NCBI GenBank assembly: GCA_964247235.1
Contig: CAXTTJ010000005.1
Location: forward strand, 9,065-73,064
Direction: 5' to 3'
DNA from: an uncultured Sphingomonadaceae bacterium
GTDB taxonomy: Bacteria; Pseudomonadota; Alphaproteobacteria; Sphingomonadales; Sphingomonadaceae
DNA length: 64,000 nt
This document shows positions 10,055 through 21,761 of the stretch, in pieces (position 1 is the stretch's first letter; each line of letters starts with the position of its first letter). The translations under genes and the position numbers were made by a program. A model generated the notes under the pieces. That model did no database searches. It had not been told where the DNA came from and was given only the letters and a program-made list of their open reading frames with translations.

Positions 10055-11475
10055 AAAAGCGCCCTCGCGGCGACGGCAGCTTCTGCTCCGATGGCGGGAA
10101 TCAGCAGATAGCCGAACAGGATAAACGCCGCACAAGCCGCAATCAGGCCATTTTCGAGCGAACTGCCGGCGACTGCGTAAGGCGTGGCCGGTTCATCAAA
10201 ATACATCGTCTTGATGATCTTGAGATAATAAAAGGCGCCGATGACAGATGCCGCGATGCCGATCGCCGCGAGCGGCAGCAGTCCCGCTGCGACAGCCGCG
10301 TCAAAAACCACGAACTTTGCCCAGAACCCGAACAGCGGCGGAATGCCGGCAAGACTGAACATGAAAATTGCGAGGGCTGCCGCCAGCCCTTTGCGGCTTT
10401 GTGACAGGCCCGACAGGCTGGCAATGCTTTCGACCGGCTGACCGGCGGCATCGCGCATCTGGAGCACACACAGGAAACTGCCAATTGTCATGACGACGTA
10501 AATCGCCAGATAGGTGAGCACGGCCGCCACGCCCTGTCTGCTCCCCGAGGCGAGACCGATCAGCGCAAAGCCGACATTGTTGATCGATGAGTAAGCGAGC
10601 AGCCGCTTGATATTCGTCTGCCCGATCGCGCCCGCCGCGCCAAGGACGATCGACGCCAGCGACGCGAAAATCACGATCTGTCGCCACTCCGGTGTCGCCG
10701 ATCCCATCGCTTCGACCGCAATGCGTGTCAGCATTGCCATTGCTGCGACCTTTTGCGCAGAGGCGAATAATGTCGTGACCGGCGTCGGCGCGCCTTCATA
10801 AACGTCGGGCGTCCACATGTGAAACGGCACGGCGGACACCTTGAAAGCGAGACCGGCAAAGACAAAAACCAGCCCGAACAATTGCCCGGTGGTCAGCCCC
10901 GCCGCAAACGCCCGCGCGATCCCGTCATACCCCGTCGTCCCGGTGAAGCCGTAAACAAGGCTCATCCCATATAATAATATCCCCGAGGCCAGCGCGCCAA
11001 GGACGAAATATTTCAACCCTGCTTCTGCAGAGCGGGCATCGCGGCGCATGAAGCTGGCGAGCACATAGGACGCCAGTGATTGCAATTCGAGACCGATATA
11101 CAGCGTGATCAGGTCAGTGGCCGACACCATCATGCCCGCCCCGACCGTGGCGAATAAAATCAGTATCGGATATTCGGCACGCAACCGGTCTCCCGTCGCA
11201 AAAAAACGCGGGGCAATGATGATCGAAACAGCAGTCGCGCCATAAATAAGCAGCTTGGCAAAGGCCGCAAAGGCATCCACGCGGTAAAGGCCGCCAGCGC
11301 CAGTCCCCTGCGCGTCGGTCATCACAAGCAATGCCGCCACGGCAATGAGCATGACCGACGTCCAGACGATCGCATGAAGCGCGTCATCGCCGCGCCATGC
11401 CGCAACCAGCATCAGGACGATCGCGCCGATCGACAAGACCAGCTCAGGCGCCGAAAGCATAAGAGACGCAGTCAT
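10051..11475 (-). CDS. nuoN: NADH-quinone oxidoreductase subunit N
   Basis: EAGLKYF, FKVSAVPFHMWTPDVYEG, KRLLAYSS. Confidence 0.97.
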   Translation of the reverse strand: MTASLMLSAPELVLSIGAIVLMLVAAWRGDDALHAIVWTSVMLIAVAALLVMTDAQGTGAGGLYRVDAFAAFAKLLIYGATAVSIIIAPRFFATGDRLRAEYPILILFATVGAGMMVSATDLITLYIGLELQSLASYVLASFMRRDARSAEAGLKYFVLGALASGILLYGMSLVYGFTGTTGYDGIARAFAAGLTTGQLFGLVFVFAGLAFKVSAVPFHMWTPDVYEGAPTPVTTLFASAQKVAAMAMLTRIAVEAMGSATPEWRQIVIFASLASIVLGAAGAIGQTNIKRLLAYSSINNVGFALIGLASGSRQGVAAVLTYLAIYVVMTIGSFLCVLQMRDAAGQPVESIASLSGLSQSRKGLAAALAIFMFSLAGIPPLFGFWAKFVVFDAAVAAGLLPLAAIGIAASVIGAFYYLKIIKTMYFDEPATPYAVAGSSLENGLIAACAAFILFGYLLIPAIGAEAAVAARALF

Positions 11476-12992
11476 TTGTGCGTCTCCGCATCGATGATGA
11501 TCCGTAAGGGCTTGCCGGACGCTGTCTGCGCATCACCACCCGGGTTTGCCCGCGCCATCCGCGCGACCAGCGCGCCGACGTCGCGGCGCATCGGTTTCAG
11601 GAAGCTTTCCGGATAAACTCCCATCCAGAAAACCACCGCGACAATTGGCACGAACATCGCGATTTCGCGTCTGTTAAGGTCGGGCATCGCCAGTGTATCG
11701 GCCCCCGCGGCCTTGCCGTAAATCATCCGCGCATACAGATAAAGCATGTAGGCCGCGCCAAGGATGATGCCCGTGGTGGCAACAAAGGCAACCCAGCTCG
11801 ACGCCTGATAGGCCCCGACCAGACTGAGGAACTCACCGACAAAACCGCTTGTACCAGGCAGGCCCACCGAAGCCATCGTGAATATCATGAAAAACATGGC
11901 ATAACCCGGCATCGTATCTGCAAGGCCGCCATAGCGATTGATCTCACGCGTATGCATGCGGTCGTAAACGACGCCGACGCACAGGAAGAGTGCACCCGAG
12001 ACCAGACCATGGCTAAGCATCACGAGCATCGCGCCCTCAAGCCCCTGCCGGTTGAACGCGAGCAGGCCGATCGTCACGAACGCCATGTGCGCGACACTCG
12101 AATAAGCAATCAGCCTTTTCATGTCAGACTGCACCAGCGCGATCAGCGACGCATAGACGACGGCGATCATCGACAGGCCCATGACGAGCCAGAACCAGTG
12201 CGCTGTCCCTTCTGGAAACATCGGGAGCAGGAAGCGGATGAAGCCATAGCCACCCATTTTGAGCAGCACACCCGCAAGGATCACCGACCCCGCCGTCGGT
12301 GCCTGAACATGCGCATCGGGTAACCAGGTATGCACAGGCCACATCGGCATCTTGACAGCGAATGATGCGAAAAAGGCGATCCACAGCCACGTCTGGGCCT
12401 TGGGCGCGAAGTCGAACTGCATCAGCGTCGGTATGTCGGTCGTCCCCGCCTGCTGCGCCATCCACAGCATCGCAATCAGCATCAGGACCGAGCCGAGCAG
12501 CGTGTACAGAAAAAATTTGTAGCTCGCATAAATCCGGTTCGCGCCGCCCCAGACACCGATGACAAGATACATCGGAATCAACCCCGCTTCGAAGAAAATA
12601 TAGAACAGGAACAGGTCCTGCGCCGCGAACACGCCGATCATCAGCGCTTCCATCAAGAGGAAGGCCGCCATGAATTCAGGAACCCGTCTGGTAATCGATT
12701 CCCACGAGGCTACGATACATATCGGCATCAGGAAAACACTGAGCATGATCAGCATCAGAGCAATGCCGTCAACACCAAGCGCCCAGCTGAACCGATCGAA
12801 CAGGTCGATCCGTTCGACAAACTGCCACTGTGCACCGCCCGGATCGAATTGGGTCCACAGGCTGATCCCGAGAACCAGATCGATTAACGTCGCCCCCAGC
12901 GCAACCCAGCGCGCGGTCGATGCTGACACGTAAAGACACAGCAGCCCCGCCAGCAACGGGATGGCGATCATGGTGGTCAGCACGCCGTTCAT
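11472..12992 (-). CDS. nuoM: NADH-quinone oxidoreductase subunit M
   Basis: [34 protein letters not shown] at 12992 overlaps the nuoL stop. Confidence 0.97.
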   Translation of the reverse strand: MNGVLTTMIAIPLLAGLLCLYVSASTARWVALGATLIDLVLGISLWTQFDPGGAQWQFVERIDLFDRFSWALGVDGIALMLIMLSVFLMPICIVASWESITRRVPEFMAAFLLMEALMIGVFAAQDLFLFYIFFEAGLIPMYLVIGVWGGANRIYASYKFFLYTLLGSVLMLIAMLWMAQQAGTTDIPTLMQFDFAPKAQTWLWIAFFASFAVKMPMWPVHTWLPDAHVQAPTAGSVILAGVLLKMGGYGFIRFLLPMFPEGTAHWFWLVMGLSMIAVVYASLIALVQSDMKRLIAYSSVAHMAFVTIGLLAFNRQGLEGAMLVMLSHGLVSGALFLCVGVVYDRMHTREINRYGGLADTMPGYAMFFMIFTMASVGLPGTSGFVGEFLSLVGAYQASSWVAFVATTGIILGAAYMLYLYARMIYGKAAGADTLAMPDLNRREIAMFVPIVAVVFWMGVYPESFLKPMRRDVGALVARMARANPGGDAQTASGKPLRIIIDAETHK

Positions 12993-14959
12993 CGTGCCAT
13001 CACCCATGTCGCTGCCGCACTCAGGCCGACCAGCATGACCAGCGCATAGGTATAAAGATAGCCTGACTGCAATTTTACGGCAAAGCGGCTCCCCTGCGCA
13101 ACGATCGCCGCTGCGCCATTGGGGCCGAACCGGTCGATCACCCCCTCATCGCCGCCTTTCCAGAACAGGCGCCCGAACGCGAACGCCGGTTTGACAAGGA
13201 GCATGTCGTAAAGTTCGTCCCAATACCATTTGTTGCGCAGAAAATCGTAAAGCGGGTGGAATGTCGCGACGAAACGCTTGGAAATGCTCGTGTCACGCAT
13301 ATAGGCCCAATAGGCAATGCCGAGGCCGGTCATCATGACGATGGTCGCCGATAGTTTTACGAGTAACGGCACGCCGTGCATATGATGGGACAGTTCCTCG
13401 TCAAATGCGACGCTTCCCTGCCAGAACTCCGCTTCGAGGAAAGCGTGGTGGAATGCGAAACCTGCAAACACCGCGCCGATCGTGAGGAGTCCGAGCGGGA
13501 CGAGCATCGACATCGGGCTTTCATGCGGATGATATCCCGCTGTGCCGTCGCTACTGGGCGCTGGATGGCCGTGGGTGATATGATCGGACTGATCCCACCG
13601 CGGCTTGCCCCAAAAGGTCAGGAACATCAACCGCCACGAATAGAAACTGGTCAGCAACGCCGCAAACACGGCAACGAAAAATGCGATTCCGCCTTGTTCG
13701 CCGCCGCGCGCATAGGCCGCTTCGATGATGGCATCCTTCGAATAAAAACCGGCGAACCCGAACATTTCGATGATCCCGACGCCGGTAATCGCAAGCGTAC
13801 CTGCCAGCATCGCATAGAAAGTCAGCGGGATATGCGTCCGCAGGCCGCCATAATAGCGCATGTCCTGTTCATGGTGCATCGCATGGATGACGCTGCCCGC
13901 GCCAAGGAACAGCAGCGCCTTGAAAAACGCGTGCGTGAACAGATGGAACATCGCGCCACCAAAGGCGCCCACGCCCGCCGCCATGAACATGTAACCAAGC
14001 TGCGAACAGGTCGAATAGGCGATCACCCGCTTGATGTCAGTCTGCGTCGTACCGACAGTCGCGGCGAAAAACGCGGTCGCGGCACCGACATAGGTGACGA
14101 CATGCATCGCCGTTTCACTCGTCACGAACATCGGTGACAGGCGACAGACCATGAAGACGCCCGCAGTCACCATGGTGGCGGCATGGATCAGCGCAGAGAC
14201 GGGTGTCGGCCCCTCCATCGCGTCAGGAAGCCAGGTGTGCAGCCCGAGCTGCGCCGACTTGCCCATCGCGCCCACAAACAGCAGCAGACAGAGCAAAGTC
14301 ATCACATCGACGCGGTGCCCGAGAAAGCCGATCGTCATCCCTGCCATACCCGGTGCCGCCGCAAGGATCGCGGGGATAGACACAGTGCCGAACACAAGAA
14401 ATGTCCCGAAAATCCCGAGCGAAAAACCGAAATCACCGACACGGTTGACGACAAATGCCTTGATCGCCGCCGCGTTGGCGGAGGGCTTGTGATACCAGAA
14501 ACCGATGAGGAGATAGGACGCAAGCCCGACCCCTTCCCAGCCAAAGAACATCTGGACGAGATTGTCCGCAGTGACGAGCATCAGCATCGCGAAGGTGAAC
14601 AGCGAGAGATACGCAAAGAAGCGCGGCTGGCTCGGGTCTTCGGCCATATAGCCCCAGCTGTAGAGGTGGACGAGCGCCGACACCGACGTCACCACAACCA
14701 GCATGACCGCGGTCAGCGTGTCGACACGCAACGACCAGTCGACATGCATTGTCCCCGAATGAATCCAGTCGAGCACCGGCACGACCTGCGCTACAGAGTG
14801 CCCGCTGAGAAAGCCGATAAAGATTGGCCACGCCAGCGCGCAGCTGCCGAACAGCGCGCCGGTCGTCACGACCTTTGCCGCGGTGTAACCGATAATGCGC
14901 CCGCCAAGGCCAGCAATGATCGCTGCCACCAACGGCAAAAAGACGAGTGCCTGTATCAT
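12989..14959 (-). CDS. nuoL: NADH-quinone oxidoreductase subunit L
   Basis: [42 protein letters not shown]. Confidence 0.97.
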   Translation of the reverse strand: MIQALVFLPLVAAIIAGLGGRIIGYTAAKVVTTGALFGSCALAWPIFIGFLSGHSVAQVVPVLDWIHSGTMHVDWSLRVDTLTAVMLVVVTSVSALVHLYSWGYMAEDPSQPRFFAYLSLFTFAMLMLVTADNLVQMFFGWEGVGLASYLLIGFWYHKPSANAAAIKAFVVNRVGDFGFSLGIFGTFLVFGTVSIPAILAAAPGMAGMTIGFLGHRVDVMTLLCLLLFVGAMGKSAQLGLHTWLPDAMEGPTPVSALIHAATMVTAGVFMVCRLSPMFVTSETAMHVVTYVGAATAFFAATVGTTQTDIKRVIAYSTCSQLGYMFMAAGVGAFGGAMFHLFTHAFFKALLFLGAGSVIHAMHHEQDMRYYGGLRTHIPLTFYAMLAGTLAITGVGIIEMFGFAGFYSKDAIIEAAYARGGEQGGIAFFVAVFAALLTSFYSWRLMFLTFWGKPRWDQSDHITHGHPAPSSDGTAGYHPHESPMSMLVPLGLLTIGAVFAGFAFHHAFLEAEFWQGSVAFDEELSHHMHGVPLLVKLSATIVMMTGLGIAYWAYMRDTSISKRFVATFHPLYDFLRNKWYWDELYDMLLVKPAFAFGRLFWKGGDEGVIDRFGPNGAAAIVAQGSRFAVKLQSGYLYTYALVMLVGLSAAATWVMAR

Positions 14960-14968
14960 GCGCGCACC

Positions 14969-15033
14969 CTTCGCGGCTTCGCGGCTTCGCCTGAACCATT
15001 GCCATCCTCACGCGAAGCCGCGAAGACGCGAAG
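14969..15033. repeat. Palindromic (CGCGAAGC)n element 1, nuoK-nuoL junction
   Basis: 22-bp inverted arms at 14969-14990 and 15012-15033, one mismatch. Confidence 0.9.
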
Positions 15034-15056
15034 AAGAATACTGGCTGCGGCGCGCA

Positions 15057-15362
15057 TCATCCGCGCATCCTGTTCACATCGTCGACCGAAATCGTCGCAC
15101 GACCACGGAAATAAATGACCAATATGGCAAGGCCAATCGCCGCTTCGCCCGCCGCGACAGTCAGCACGAACATGGCAAACACCTGCCCCACCAGATCCCC
15201 CAGAAACGCGCTGAACGCGACGAGATTGATATTCACGCTCAGCAGGATGAGCTCGATCGACATCAGGATGACGATGAGATTCTTGCGGTTTATGAAAATG
15301 CCGAGCACGCCAAGCACGAACAGGATCGCACTGACCGCGATAAAATGGTGAAGGCCGATCAC
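15057..15362 (-). CDS. nuoK: NADH-quinone oxidoreductase subunit K
   Basis: [27 protein letters not shown]. Confidence 0.97.
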   Translation of the reverse strand: MIGLHHFIAVSAILFVLGVLGIFINRKNLIVILMSIELILLSVNINLVAFSAFLGDLVGQVFAMFVLTVAAGEAAIGLAILVIYFRGRATISVDDVNRMRG

Positions 15363-15973
15363 AATTCCACCCCTGCACCGACCGGCTGGTCCCTGACGAT
15401 CCGCACGGCATCCTGCGGACGGCGGCGGACCTGACGGTCGATATTCTGCGCTTTCAGGCCGCTGCGCTCGCGGTGCGTAAGGACAATCGCGCCGATCATC
15501 GCCACGAGCAGCACAAGCCCCGCCGCCTCAAACGCATAAAGATAGCGTGTATAGAGCAGCAGGCCGATGGCTTCGGTATTGGGCACGCCATTCGCAATGG
15601 GCGATGCCCGCTCCGCCAGCACGACCGGGCCAGCCGTCCATGCGAAAGTCGCAATCAGCGTTTCGGACACCAGAGCCGCCGCGATCACCAGCCCGAACGG
15701 CAGATATTTCGTAAATCCCTGCCGCATCTCCGAAAAATCGATGTCGAGCATCATGACGACGAACAGGAACAGCACCGCCACCGCACCAACATAAACAATG
15801 ACGAGCAGCATCGCGATGAATTCCGCGCCGACCAGCACCATCAGCCCCGCCGCGTTGAAAAAGGCGAGGATGAGCCACAGCACGCTATGCACCGGATTGC
15901 GCGCGGTGATCGTCATCAGCGCGGACATCACGACGATGCCGGCGAACAGATAAAAGGCAAAGACCTGGATCAC
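15359..15973 (-). CDS. nuoJ: NADH-quinone oxidoreductase subunit J
   Basis: [34 protein letters not shown]. Confidence 0.97.
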   Translation of the reverse strand: MIQVFAFYLFAGIVVMSALMTITARNPVHSVLWLILAFFNAAGLMVLVGAEFIAMLLVIVYVGAVAVLFLFVVMMLDIDFSEMRQGFTKYLPFGLVIAAALVSETLIATFAWTAGPVVLAERASPIANGVPNTEAIGLLLYTRYLYAFEAAGLVLLVAMIGAIVLTHRERSGLKAQNIDRQVRRRPQDAVRIVRDQPVGAGVEL

Positions 15974-16023
15974 CCGACTACTCCAAATTGGCGCCGCAGG
16001 CCAATAAGCTTTCTTCCCTCTTC

Positions 16024-16086
16024 CTTCGCGGCTTCGCGGCTTTGCGTGAGTCCAGTTGATTCACGCGAAGCCGCGAAGCCGCGAAG
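16024..16086. repeat. Palindromic element 2, nuoI-nuoJ junction
   Basis: 29-bp inverted arms at 16024-16052 and 16058-16086, 5-nt loop, two mismatches. Confidence 0.9.
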
Positions 16087-16153
16087 AAGAAGCGAAAAAT
16101 ATGAAGCCACTGGCGCGGCAATTGTGGTAGACATCCGAATCACGCCCGCGCCC

Positions 16154-16636
16154 CTACCGATACGGCGCATCGGCGGCAAGGTTCGCGGCGATCGCGCGTT
16201 CCCAGCGGTCGCCGTTATCAAGCAGTTTGGACTTGTCGTAGATCAATTCCTCGCGCGTTTCGGTTGCATATTCGAAATTCGGCCCCTCGACGATGGCATC
16301 GACCGGACACGCCTCTGCACACAGCCCGCAGAAGATGCACTTGGTCATGTCGATGTCGTAACGCGTCGTGCGGCGGCTCCCGTCATCGCGCGGCTCGGCC
16401 TCAATCGTGATCGCCTGCGCCGGACACACCGCCTCGCACAGCTTGCACGCAATGCACCGCTCCTCACCATTGGGATAACGGCGCAGCGCATGCTCGCCCC
16501 GAAACCGCGGCGAGAGCGGGTTCTTCTCATACGGATAGTTGATCGTCGCCTTGGGCTTAAAGAAATATTTCAAGGTCAGCCAATGGGCCTTGAGGAATTC
16601 CCATAGGGTAAAGGTTTTGATGAGGTGGGGGATCAT
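16154..16636 (-). CDS. nuoI: NADH-quinone oxidoreductase subunit I
   Basis: Two 4Fe-4S motifs: [12 protein letters not shown] and [12 protein letters not shown]. Confidence 0.98.
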   Translation of the reverse strand: MIPHLIKTFTLWEFLKAHWLTLKYFFKPKATINYPYEKNPLSPRFRGEHALRRYPNGEERCIACKLCEAVCPAQAITIEAEPRDDGSRRTTRYDIDMTKCIFCGLCAEACPVDAIVEGPNFEYATETREELIYDKSKLLDNGDRWERAIAANLAADAPYR

Positions 16637-17679
16637 GCACTATACCTCGTCAGCATCAGATACCCGCTCACCAGCACCACCCATACCAGCGAAAGCGGCA
16701 GGAAAATCTTCCAGCCCAGCCGCATGAGCTGGTCATAGCGATAGCGCGGGACGGTGGCCTTCACCCAGCTGAACATGAAGAAGAAGATCAAAATCTTCAG
16801 GAACAGCCAGAAAATGCCGGGGATCACATAAAGCGGTGCCCAGTCAACTGGCGGCAGATACCCGCCCCAGAACAGGATCGCGTTCAATGCGCACATCAGG
16901 ATGACGTTGGCGTACTCACCCAGCCAGAACAGCGCGAACGACATAGACGAATATTCGGTCTGATACCCGGCGACGAGCTCGCTTTCGGCCTCGGTCAGGT
17001 CGAACGGCGCGCGCGCGGTTTCGGCGAGGCTCGAAATGAAGAACACCACCGCCATCGGCAGGAACAGCGGATTGAAGCCGAAGCCGTTGGTGATCCACAA
17101 ATGGCTGCGTTGCGCCTCGACAATGGCGGTCATGTTGAACGACCCGACCCACAAAACGACCGAAATCAGCACAAATCCGATGCTGACTTCGTAAGAAACC
17201 ATCTGCGCCGCGGCGCGCAGGGCTGAGTAAAACGGATATTTCGAGTTCGACGACCATCCCGCCATCATCACCCCGTAAACGCCAAGCGACGACGCCGCGA
17301 GAATATAGAGCAGCCCGACATTGATATCTGACAGCACCATCCCCGGCCCGAACGGCACCACCGCCCACACGATCAGCGCGACCGTGAAGGTGATGATCGG
17401 CGCGAGGAGGAACAGGCCCTTGTTCGCACTCGACGGGATGATCGTTTCCTGAAGAAAAACCTTCAGCCCATCGGCGAAGGACTGCAGCAAGCCGAACGGC
17501 CCGACGACATTGGGCCCCTTGCGCAACGCCATCGCCGCCCAGATTTTCCGGTCGGCGTAGATCAGCATCGCGACCGCGAGCATGACCGGCAGCGCGATGA
17601 GGAGAATCATCGCAATGTTCCACGCGAGCCAGCCTGTCGAATACCCCAAATGCAATTGCGCCCATTTCATCCAGGTCAT
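16633..17679 (-). CDS. nuoH: NADH-quinone oxidoreductase subunit H
   Basis: [43 protein letters not shown]. Confidence 0.97.
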   Translation of the reverse strand: MTWMKWAQLHLGYSTGWLAWNIAMILLIALPVMLAVAMLIYADRKIWAAMALRKGPNVVGPFGLLQSFADGLKVFLQETIIPSSANKGLFLLAPIITFTVALIVWAVVPFGPGMVLSDINVGLLYILAASSLGVYGVMMAGWSSNSKYPFYSALRAAAQMVSYEVSIGFVLISVVLWVGSFNMTAIVEAQRSHLWITNGFGFNPLFLPMAVVFFISSLAETARAPFDLTEAESELVAGYQTEYSSMSFALFWLGEYANVILMCALNAILFWGGYLPPVDWAPLYVIPGIFWLFLKILIFFFMFSWVKATVPRYRYDQLMRLGWKIFLPLSLVWVVLVSGYLMLTRYSA

Positions 17680-17715
17680 CGCAGCGTCTCCCGACCGTAG
17701 GCCAGAAAGAGTGTT

Positions 17716-17795
17716 TCACGCGAAGCCGCGAAGCCGCGAAGGCTCTTGCGGGAAGTTTGCGACAGCAACCTTCGCGGCTTTGCGGCTTCGCGTGA
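17716..17795. repeat. Palindromic element 3, nuoG-nuoH junction
   Basis: 27-bp inverted arms at 17716-17742 and 17769-17795; arm order is reversed relative to elements 1 and 2. Confidence 0.9.
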
Positions 17796-17836
17796 GTCAA
17801 ACTTTCCTGCGCGCGAGCGCGCCATTTCCCGTAGCG

Positions 17837-19852
17837 TCATTCCGCTGCCTCCAGCATGTCGCTCCCGTGCAAAATTTCCGCCGAACATAGCTGCATCGTC
17901 GGGCTCGCGCGGCAGATGGCGTTGGTCAGGTAGAAATCCTTGATCGGATAACCCGCCATTTCGGCCCTTGGTGATTTCGGCAGTTTCGGCGGGTTCCAGC
18001 CATAATCGGCCAATCCCTCGACGCCAAGCGCCGGAACCTCGGCAAACATCGCGGCACGCAGGCCATCATAGCTATCGAACGGCAGCGTGTGGCCGAGCAC
18101 CTGCGACAGTGCCCGCAGGATCGTCCAGTCCTCACGCGCGTCTCCCGGCGGGAAGACGGCCCGCTCGCCGCGCTGCACACGCCCTTCAAGGTTCACATAA
18201 GTCCCCGGCTTTTCGGCGTAGCTCGCGCCCGGCAGCACGACATCCGCCGCTGCTGCGCCCCCCCGAACAGACGCGTCGCCATGATGGCCGATATAGACTT
18301 TGAACGAAGACTTGAACGCCGACCAGTCGACTTCGTCAGCGCCAAGTGCGAACACCAATCTGGTTCCCCGAAGCGCCGCGATCCCGCCCGGCTGCGCATA
18401 GCCGAGCATCAGCCCGCCCATCCGCGCGGCTGCCATATGCAGGACGTTGAACCCGTTCCAGCCGTCACGCACCAGCTTGTATTTGTCTGCTATGGCAAGC
18501 GCGGCGCCATGGACACCATCAACCGCCAGAGCACCGCCGCCAACGATGATCGCGGGCCGTTCGGCCACCGCCAAAGCATCCGACAGCACCTTGGGCAAGC
18601 GCGACAAAATGCCCAGCTCGCTTCCAAGCCAATGCGCCTTATAAGTGAGGTCAACCTCCGGCCCGATGGCAAAAACCTTCCCCCCACGCTTGATCGCCTT
18701 GCGCACGCGCGTGTTCACCAGGGGCGCTTCCCAGCGCAAATTCGTGCCGATCAGAAGAACCATATCGGCACGCTCGATGCCCGACATTGTGCTGTTGAAA
18801 TTCACTGCACTCAACGAAGAAACATCGTATTTCAAGCCATTTTGCCGCCCTTCAAACAAATCGCTACCCATCAAACGAACCAGATGCTTTGCCGCATACA
18901 TGGTTTCGCAGTCGACCAGATCGCCCGCAACCGCAGCGACGCTTGACCCTGCATCAACAGCCTGGATCGCCGCGAACGCTTCGTCCCATGTTGCCGCTTC
19001 CAGCTTGCCATTCCGCCGCACATACGGGCGATCGAGACGCTTCCTTACAAGGCCATCGACGGCATGGCGCGTCTTGTCCGACGCCCATTCCTCGTTTACG
19101 TCTTCGTTGATCCGCGGCAGCGCGCGCAGCACCTGCCGTCCGCGTGAATCGAGCCTGATGTTCGTCCCCACCGCGTCCATAACATCAATGGCGGGGGTCT
19201 TTTTCAACTCCCACGGCCGCGCCTCGAACGCATAGGGTTTGGACGTCAACGCACCTACCGGACACAGATCGACGACATTGCCCGACAATTCGGACTGGAT
19301 CGCATGTTCCAGATAGGTGGTGATCTGCATCGATTCACCGCGCCCGATTGCGCCGATATCCTCGACGCCCGCGACTTCCTCCGCAAAGCGGATGCAGCGC
19401 GTGCACTGGATGCACCGCGTCATCACCGTCTTGACGATCGGCCCCATATATTTCTCGGTCACGGCGCGCTTGTTTTCGTCATAGCGGCTGATGCCCTTGC
19501 CATAGGCGACCGACTGGTCCTGCAAATCGCATTCGCCGCCCTGATCGCAAATCGGGCAATCGAGCGGGTGGTTGATGAGCAGAAACTCCATCACCCCCTC
19601 GCGCGCCTTCTTCACCATCGCGCTGTCGGTGCGGATCGCCTGTCCCTCGGCGGCCGGAAGCGCGCACGACGCCTGCGGCTTGGGTGGCCCCGGCGCGACC
19701 TCGACCAGGCACATGCGGCAATTGCCCGCAATACTCAGGCGCTCATGATAGCAGAAACGCGGGATTTCCTTGCCCGCAAGTTCGCAGGCCTGAAGCACAG
19801 TAGCGCCAGCGGGAACTTCGATTTCGACGCCGTCGACAGTGAGTTTAGGCAT
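17837..19852 (-). CDS. nuoG: NADH-quinone oxidoreductase subunit G
   Basis: FCYHERLSIAGNCRMC, HPLDCPICDQGGEC, RCIQCTRC. Confidence 0.98.
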   Translation of the reverse strand: MPKLTVDGVEIEVPAGATVLQACELAGKEIPRFCYHERLSIAGNCRMCLVEVAPGPPKPQASCALPAAEGQAIRTDSAMVKKAREGVMEFLLINHPLDCPICDQGGECDLQDQSVAYGKGISRYDENKRAVTEKYMGPIVKTVMTRCIQCTRCIRFAEEVAGVEDIGAIGRGESMQITTYLEHAIQSELSGNVVDLCPVGALTSKPYAFEARPWELKKTPAIDVMDAVGTNIRLDSRGRQVLRALPRINEDVNEEWASDKTRHAVDGLVRKRLDRPYVRRNGKLEAATWDEAFAAIQAVDAGSSVAAVAGDLVDCETMYAAKHLVRLMGSDLFEGRQNGLKYDVSSLSAVNFNSTMSGIERADMVLLIGTNLRWEAPLVNTRVRKAIKRGGKVFAIGPEVDLTYKAHWLGSELGILSRLPKVLSDALAVAERPAIIVGGGALAVDGVHGAALAIADKYKLVRDGWNGFNVLHMAAARMGGLMLGYAQPGGIAALRGTRLVFALGADEVDWSAFKSSFKVYIGHHGDASVRGGAAAADVVLPGASYAEKPGTYVNLEGRVQRGERAVFPPGDAREDWTILRALSQVLGHTLPFDSYDGLRAAMFAEVPALGVEGLADYGWNPPKLPKSPRAEMAGYPIKDFYLTNAICRASPTMQLCSAEILHGSDMLEAAE

Positions 19853-19992
19853 TATTCCACCGCCTCCAGCAACTCACCACCATCACGCTCGTTGATCCGC
19901 CGCCCGATCTCAGGCCGGAAGTGCTTGATCAGCCCCTGGGTCGGCCACGTCGCGGCGTCGCCCCGCGCACAAATGGCATGACCTTCGGCTTG
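19852..19992 (-). pseudogene. Decayed duplicate of the nuoF 3' end
   Basis: Translates to [46 protein letters not shown], versus Nuo[46 protein letters not shown]. Ends in a TAATG overlap with the nuoG start. Confidence 0.9.
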
Positions 19993-20027
19993 CGGTCTAC
20001 AAATTGTTATATGAAGCATCGGCCCGC

Positions 20028-20255
20028 TCAGTGCGCTGTATCGGCGAGGCCGAGCCGCTTTTCAATTTGGTCAACGCGAACTTTCAAGTCCGAGATGTCA
20101 CTCTGCATCCCATAAACAGAGGTCATCAAGCCGCGCATATGTTCCTCGATCGAAGCCAGTCGGATGCCTTGCGACAATTGCTCGCGTTTGACACCACCCA
20201 AATCACCTTGAATTGATTTCAGTATTTCCAGCATCAAGTCGTCGCGGTCGGTCAT
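20028..20255 (-). CDS. 75-aa coiled-coil hypothetical protein (cargo A)
   Basis: Heptad pattern; similar to the ORF at 22434-22661. Confidence 0.8.
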   Translation of the reverse strand: MTDRDDLMLEILKSIQGDLGGVKREQLSQGIRLASIEEHMRGLMTSVYGMQSDISDLKVRVDQIEKRLGLADTAH

Positions 20256-20263
20256 TTTAATTC

Positions 20264-21559
20264 CTATTCAGCGGCTTGTAGCACAGGTTCGGCACGTTCG
20301 TTAATCCGCCGCTCTAATTCGGGCCGAAAATGCCTGATCAGCCCCTGGATCGGCCACGCCGCCGCGTCGCCCAGCGCGCAGATGGTGTGGCCTTCTACCT
20401 GTTTGGTCACTTCCTGCAGCAGGTCGATTTCGCCGATCTCCGCATCGCCGGTGCGCAGGCGTTCCATCATCCGCCACATCCATCCGGTGCCTTCGCGGCA
20501 CGGCGTGCACTGGCCACATGACTCATGCTTGTAGAAATAACTCAACCGCGAAATCGCGCGGACAATATCGGTCGATTTGTCCATTACGATAACCGCTGCG
20601 GTTCCCAGCCCTGATCCGACTGCCTTCAACCCGTCAAAGTCCATCGGGGCGTCCATGATCTGCGCGGCAGGGACGAGCGGCACGGACGATCCGCCGGGAA
20701 TGACCGCGAGCAGATTGTCCCACCCGCCGCGAATGCCGCCGCAATGCGTGTCGATGAGCTCACGAAACGGGATGCCCATCGCGTCCTCGACCACGCAAGG
20801 CTTGTTCACATGGCCGCTGATCTGGAACAGCTTGGTCCCTTCATTCTTCGGATTGCCGATCCCCGCAAACCATGGCGCACCGCGTCGCAGAATCGTCGGG
20901 ACGACGGCAATGCTCTCGACATTGTTGACTGTCGTCGGGCAACCATAAAGCCCCGCGCCCGCCGGGAACGGCGGTTTCAAACGCGGCTGGCCTTTCTTGC
21001 CTTCAAGACTTTCAAGCATCGCGGTTTCTTCGCCGCAGATATACGCGCCCGCGCCCCGGTGGACGAACACATCGAAATCATAGCCCGATTTGCAGGCGTT
21101 CTTGCCGATCAGTCCCTTGGCATAAGCCTCCGCCACGGCCGCGAACAGCACGTCGGTCTCACGGATATATTCGCCGCGGATGTAGATGTACGCGGCGCGC
21201 GCGCGCATGGCGTATCCGGCGATCAGCGCGCCTTCGATCAGCTTGTGCGGATCATGGCGGATGATCTCACGGTCCTTGCAGCTGCCGGGTTCGGATTCAT
21301 CGGCATTGATGACGAGGAAGTTCGGACGCCCCTCGGTCGGCGCCTTGGGCATGAAGCTCCACTTCATCCCCGTCGGGAAGCCAGCCCCGCCACGCCCGCG
21401 CAGGCCGCTCGCCTTGACCACATCGATGATTGCGTCCTGTCCGACAGCCATCAACGCCCTGGTCTTGTCCCAGTCACCGCGCTTCATCGCAGACGCGAGG
21501 TTCCACGGCTGAAAACCATAAAGGTTCGTGAAGATGCGGTCCTTGTCTTGCAAACTCAT
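20264..21559 (-). CDS. nuoF: NADH-quinone oxidoreductase subunit F
   Basis: [45 protein letters not shown]. Confidence 0.98.
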   Translation of the reverse strand: MSLQDKDRIFTNLYGFQPWNLASAMKRGDWDKTRALMAVGQDAIIDVVKASGLRGRGGAGFPTGMKWSFMPKAPTEGRPNFLVINADESEPGSCKDREIIRHDPHKLIEGALIAGYAMRARAAYIYIRGEYIRETDVLFAAVAEAYAKGLIGKNACKSGYDFDVFVHRGAGAYICGEETAMLESLEGKKGQPRLKPPFPAGAGLYGCPTTVNNVESIAVVPTILRRGAPWFAGIGNPKNEGTKLFQISGHVNKPCVVEDAMGIPFRELIDTHCGGIRGGWDNLLAVIPGGSSVPLVPAAQIMDAPMDFDGLKAVGSGLGTAAVIVMDKSTDIVRAISRLSYFYKHESCGQCTPCREGTGWMWRMMERLRTGDAEIGEIDLLQEVTKQVEGHTICALGDAAAWPIQGLIRHFRPELERRINERAEPVLQAAE

Positions 21560-21588
21560 GCGCCGCTCCCAGCCCGAAGGGCAAGAAA

Positions 21589-21727
21589 TGACTCACGCGA
21601 AGCCGCGAAGTCGCGAAGAGCAAAGCACTCTCGGCAGCCTCTGCGTGAACCCGAGTCGATTTCATCCAGAGGGCGCAGAGGATGCCGACAAAATAATCTT
21701 CGCGGCTTCGCGCCTTCGCGTGAGTCA
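21589..21727. repeat. Palindromic element 4 with nested second inverted repeat, nuoE-nuoF junction
   Basis: 31-bp outer arms at 21589-21619 and 21697-21727; inner arms TCGGCAGCCTCTGCG / CGCAGAGGATGCCGA. Confidence 0.9.
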
Positions 21728-21761
21728 AATTTACTTGCGCGCACGTGCGCGAGCATTGGCG

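Noticed and set aside
14960-15056. TGCGCGC on both sides of element 1 as a target-site duplication
   Set aside because: Low-complexity GC 7-mer; no equivalent exact duplication at the other elements.
15974-16012. Possible decayed nuoI 3' duplicate before nuoJ
   Set aside because: Similarity to the nuoI end is too weak to separate from chance.
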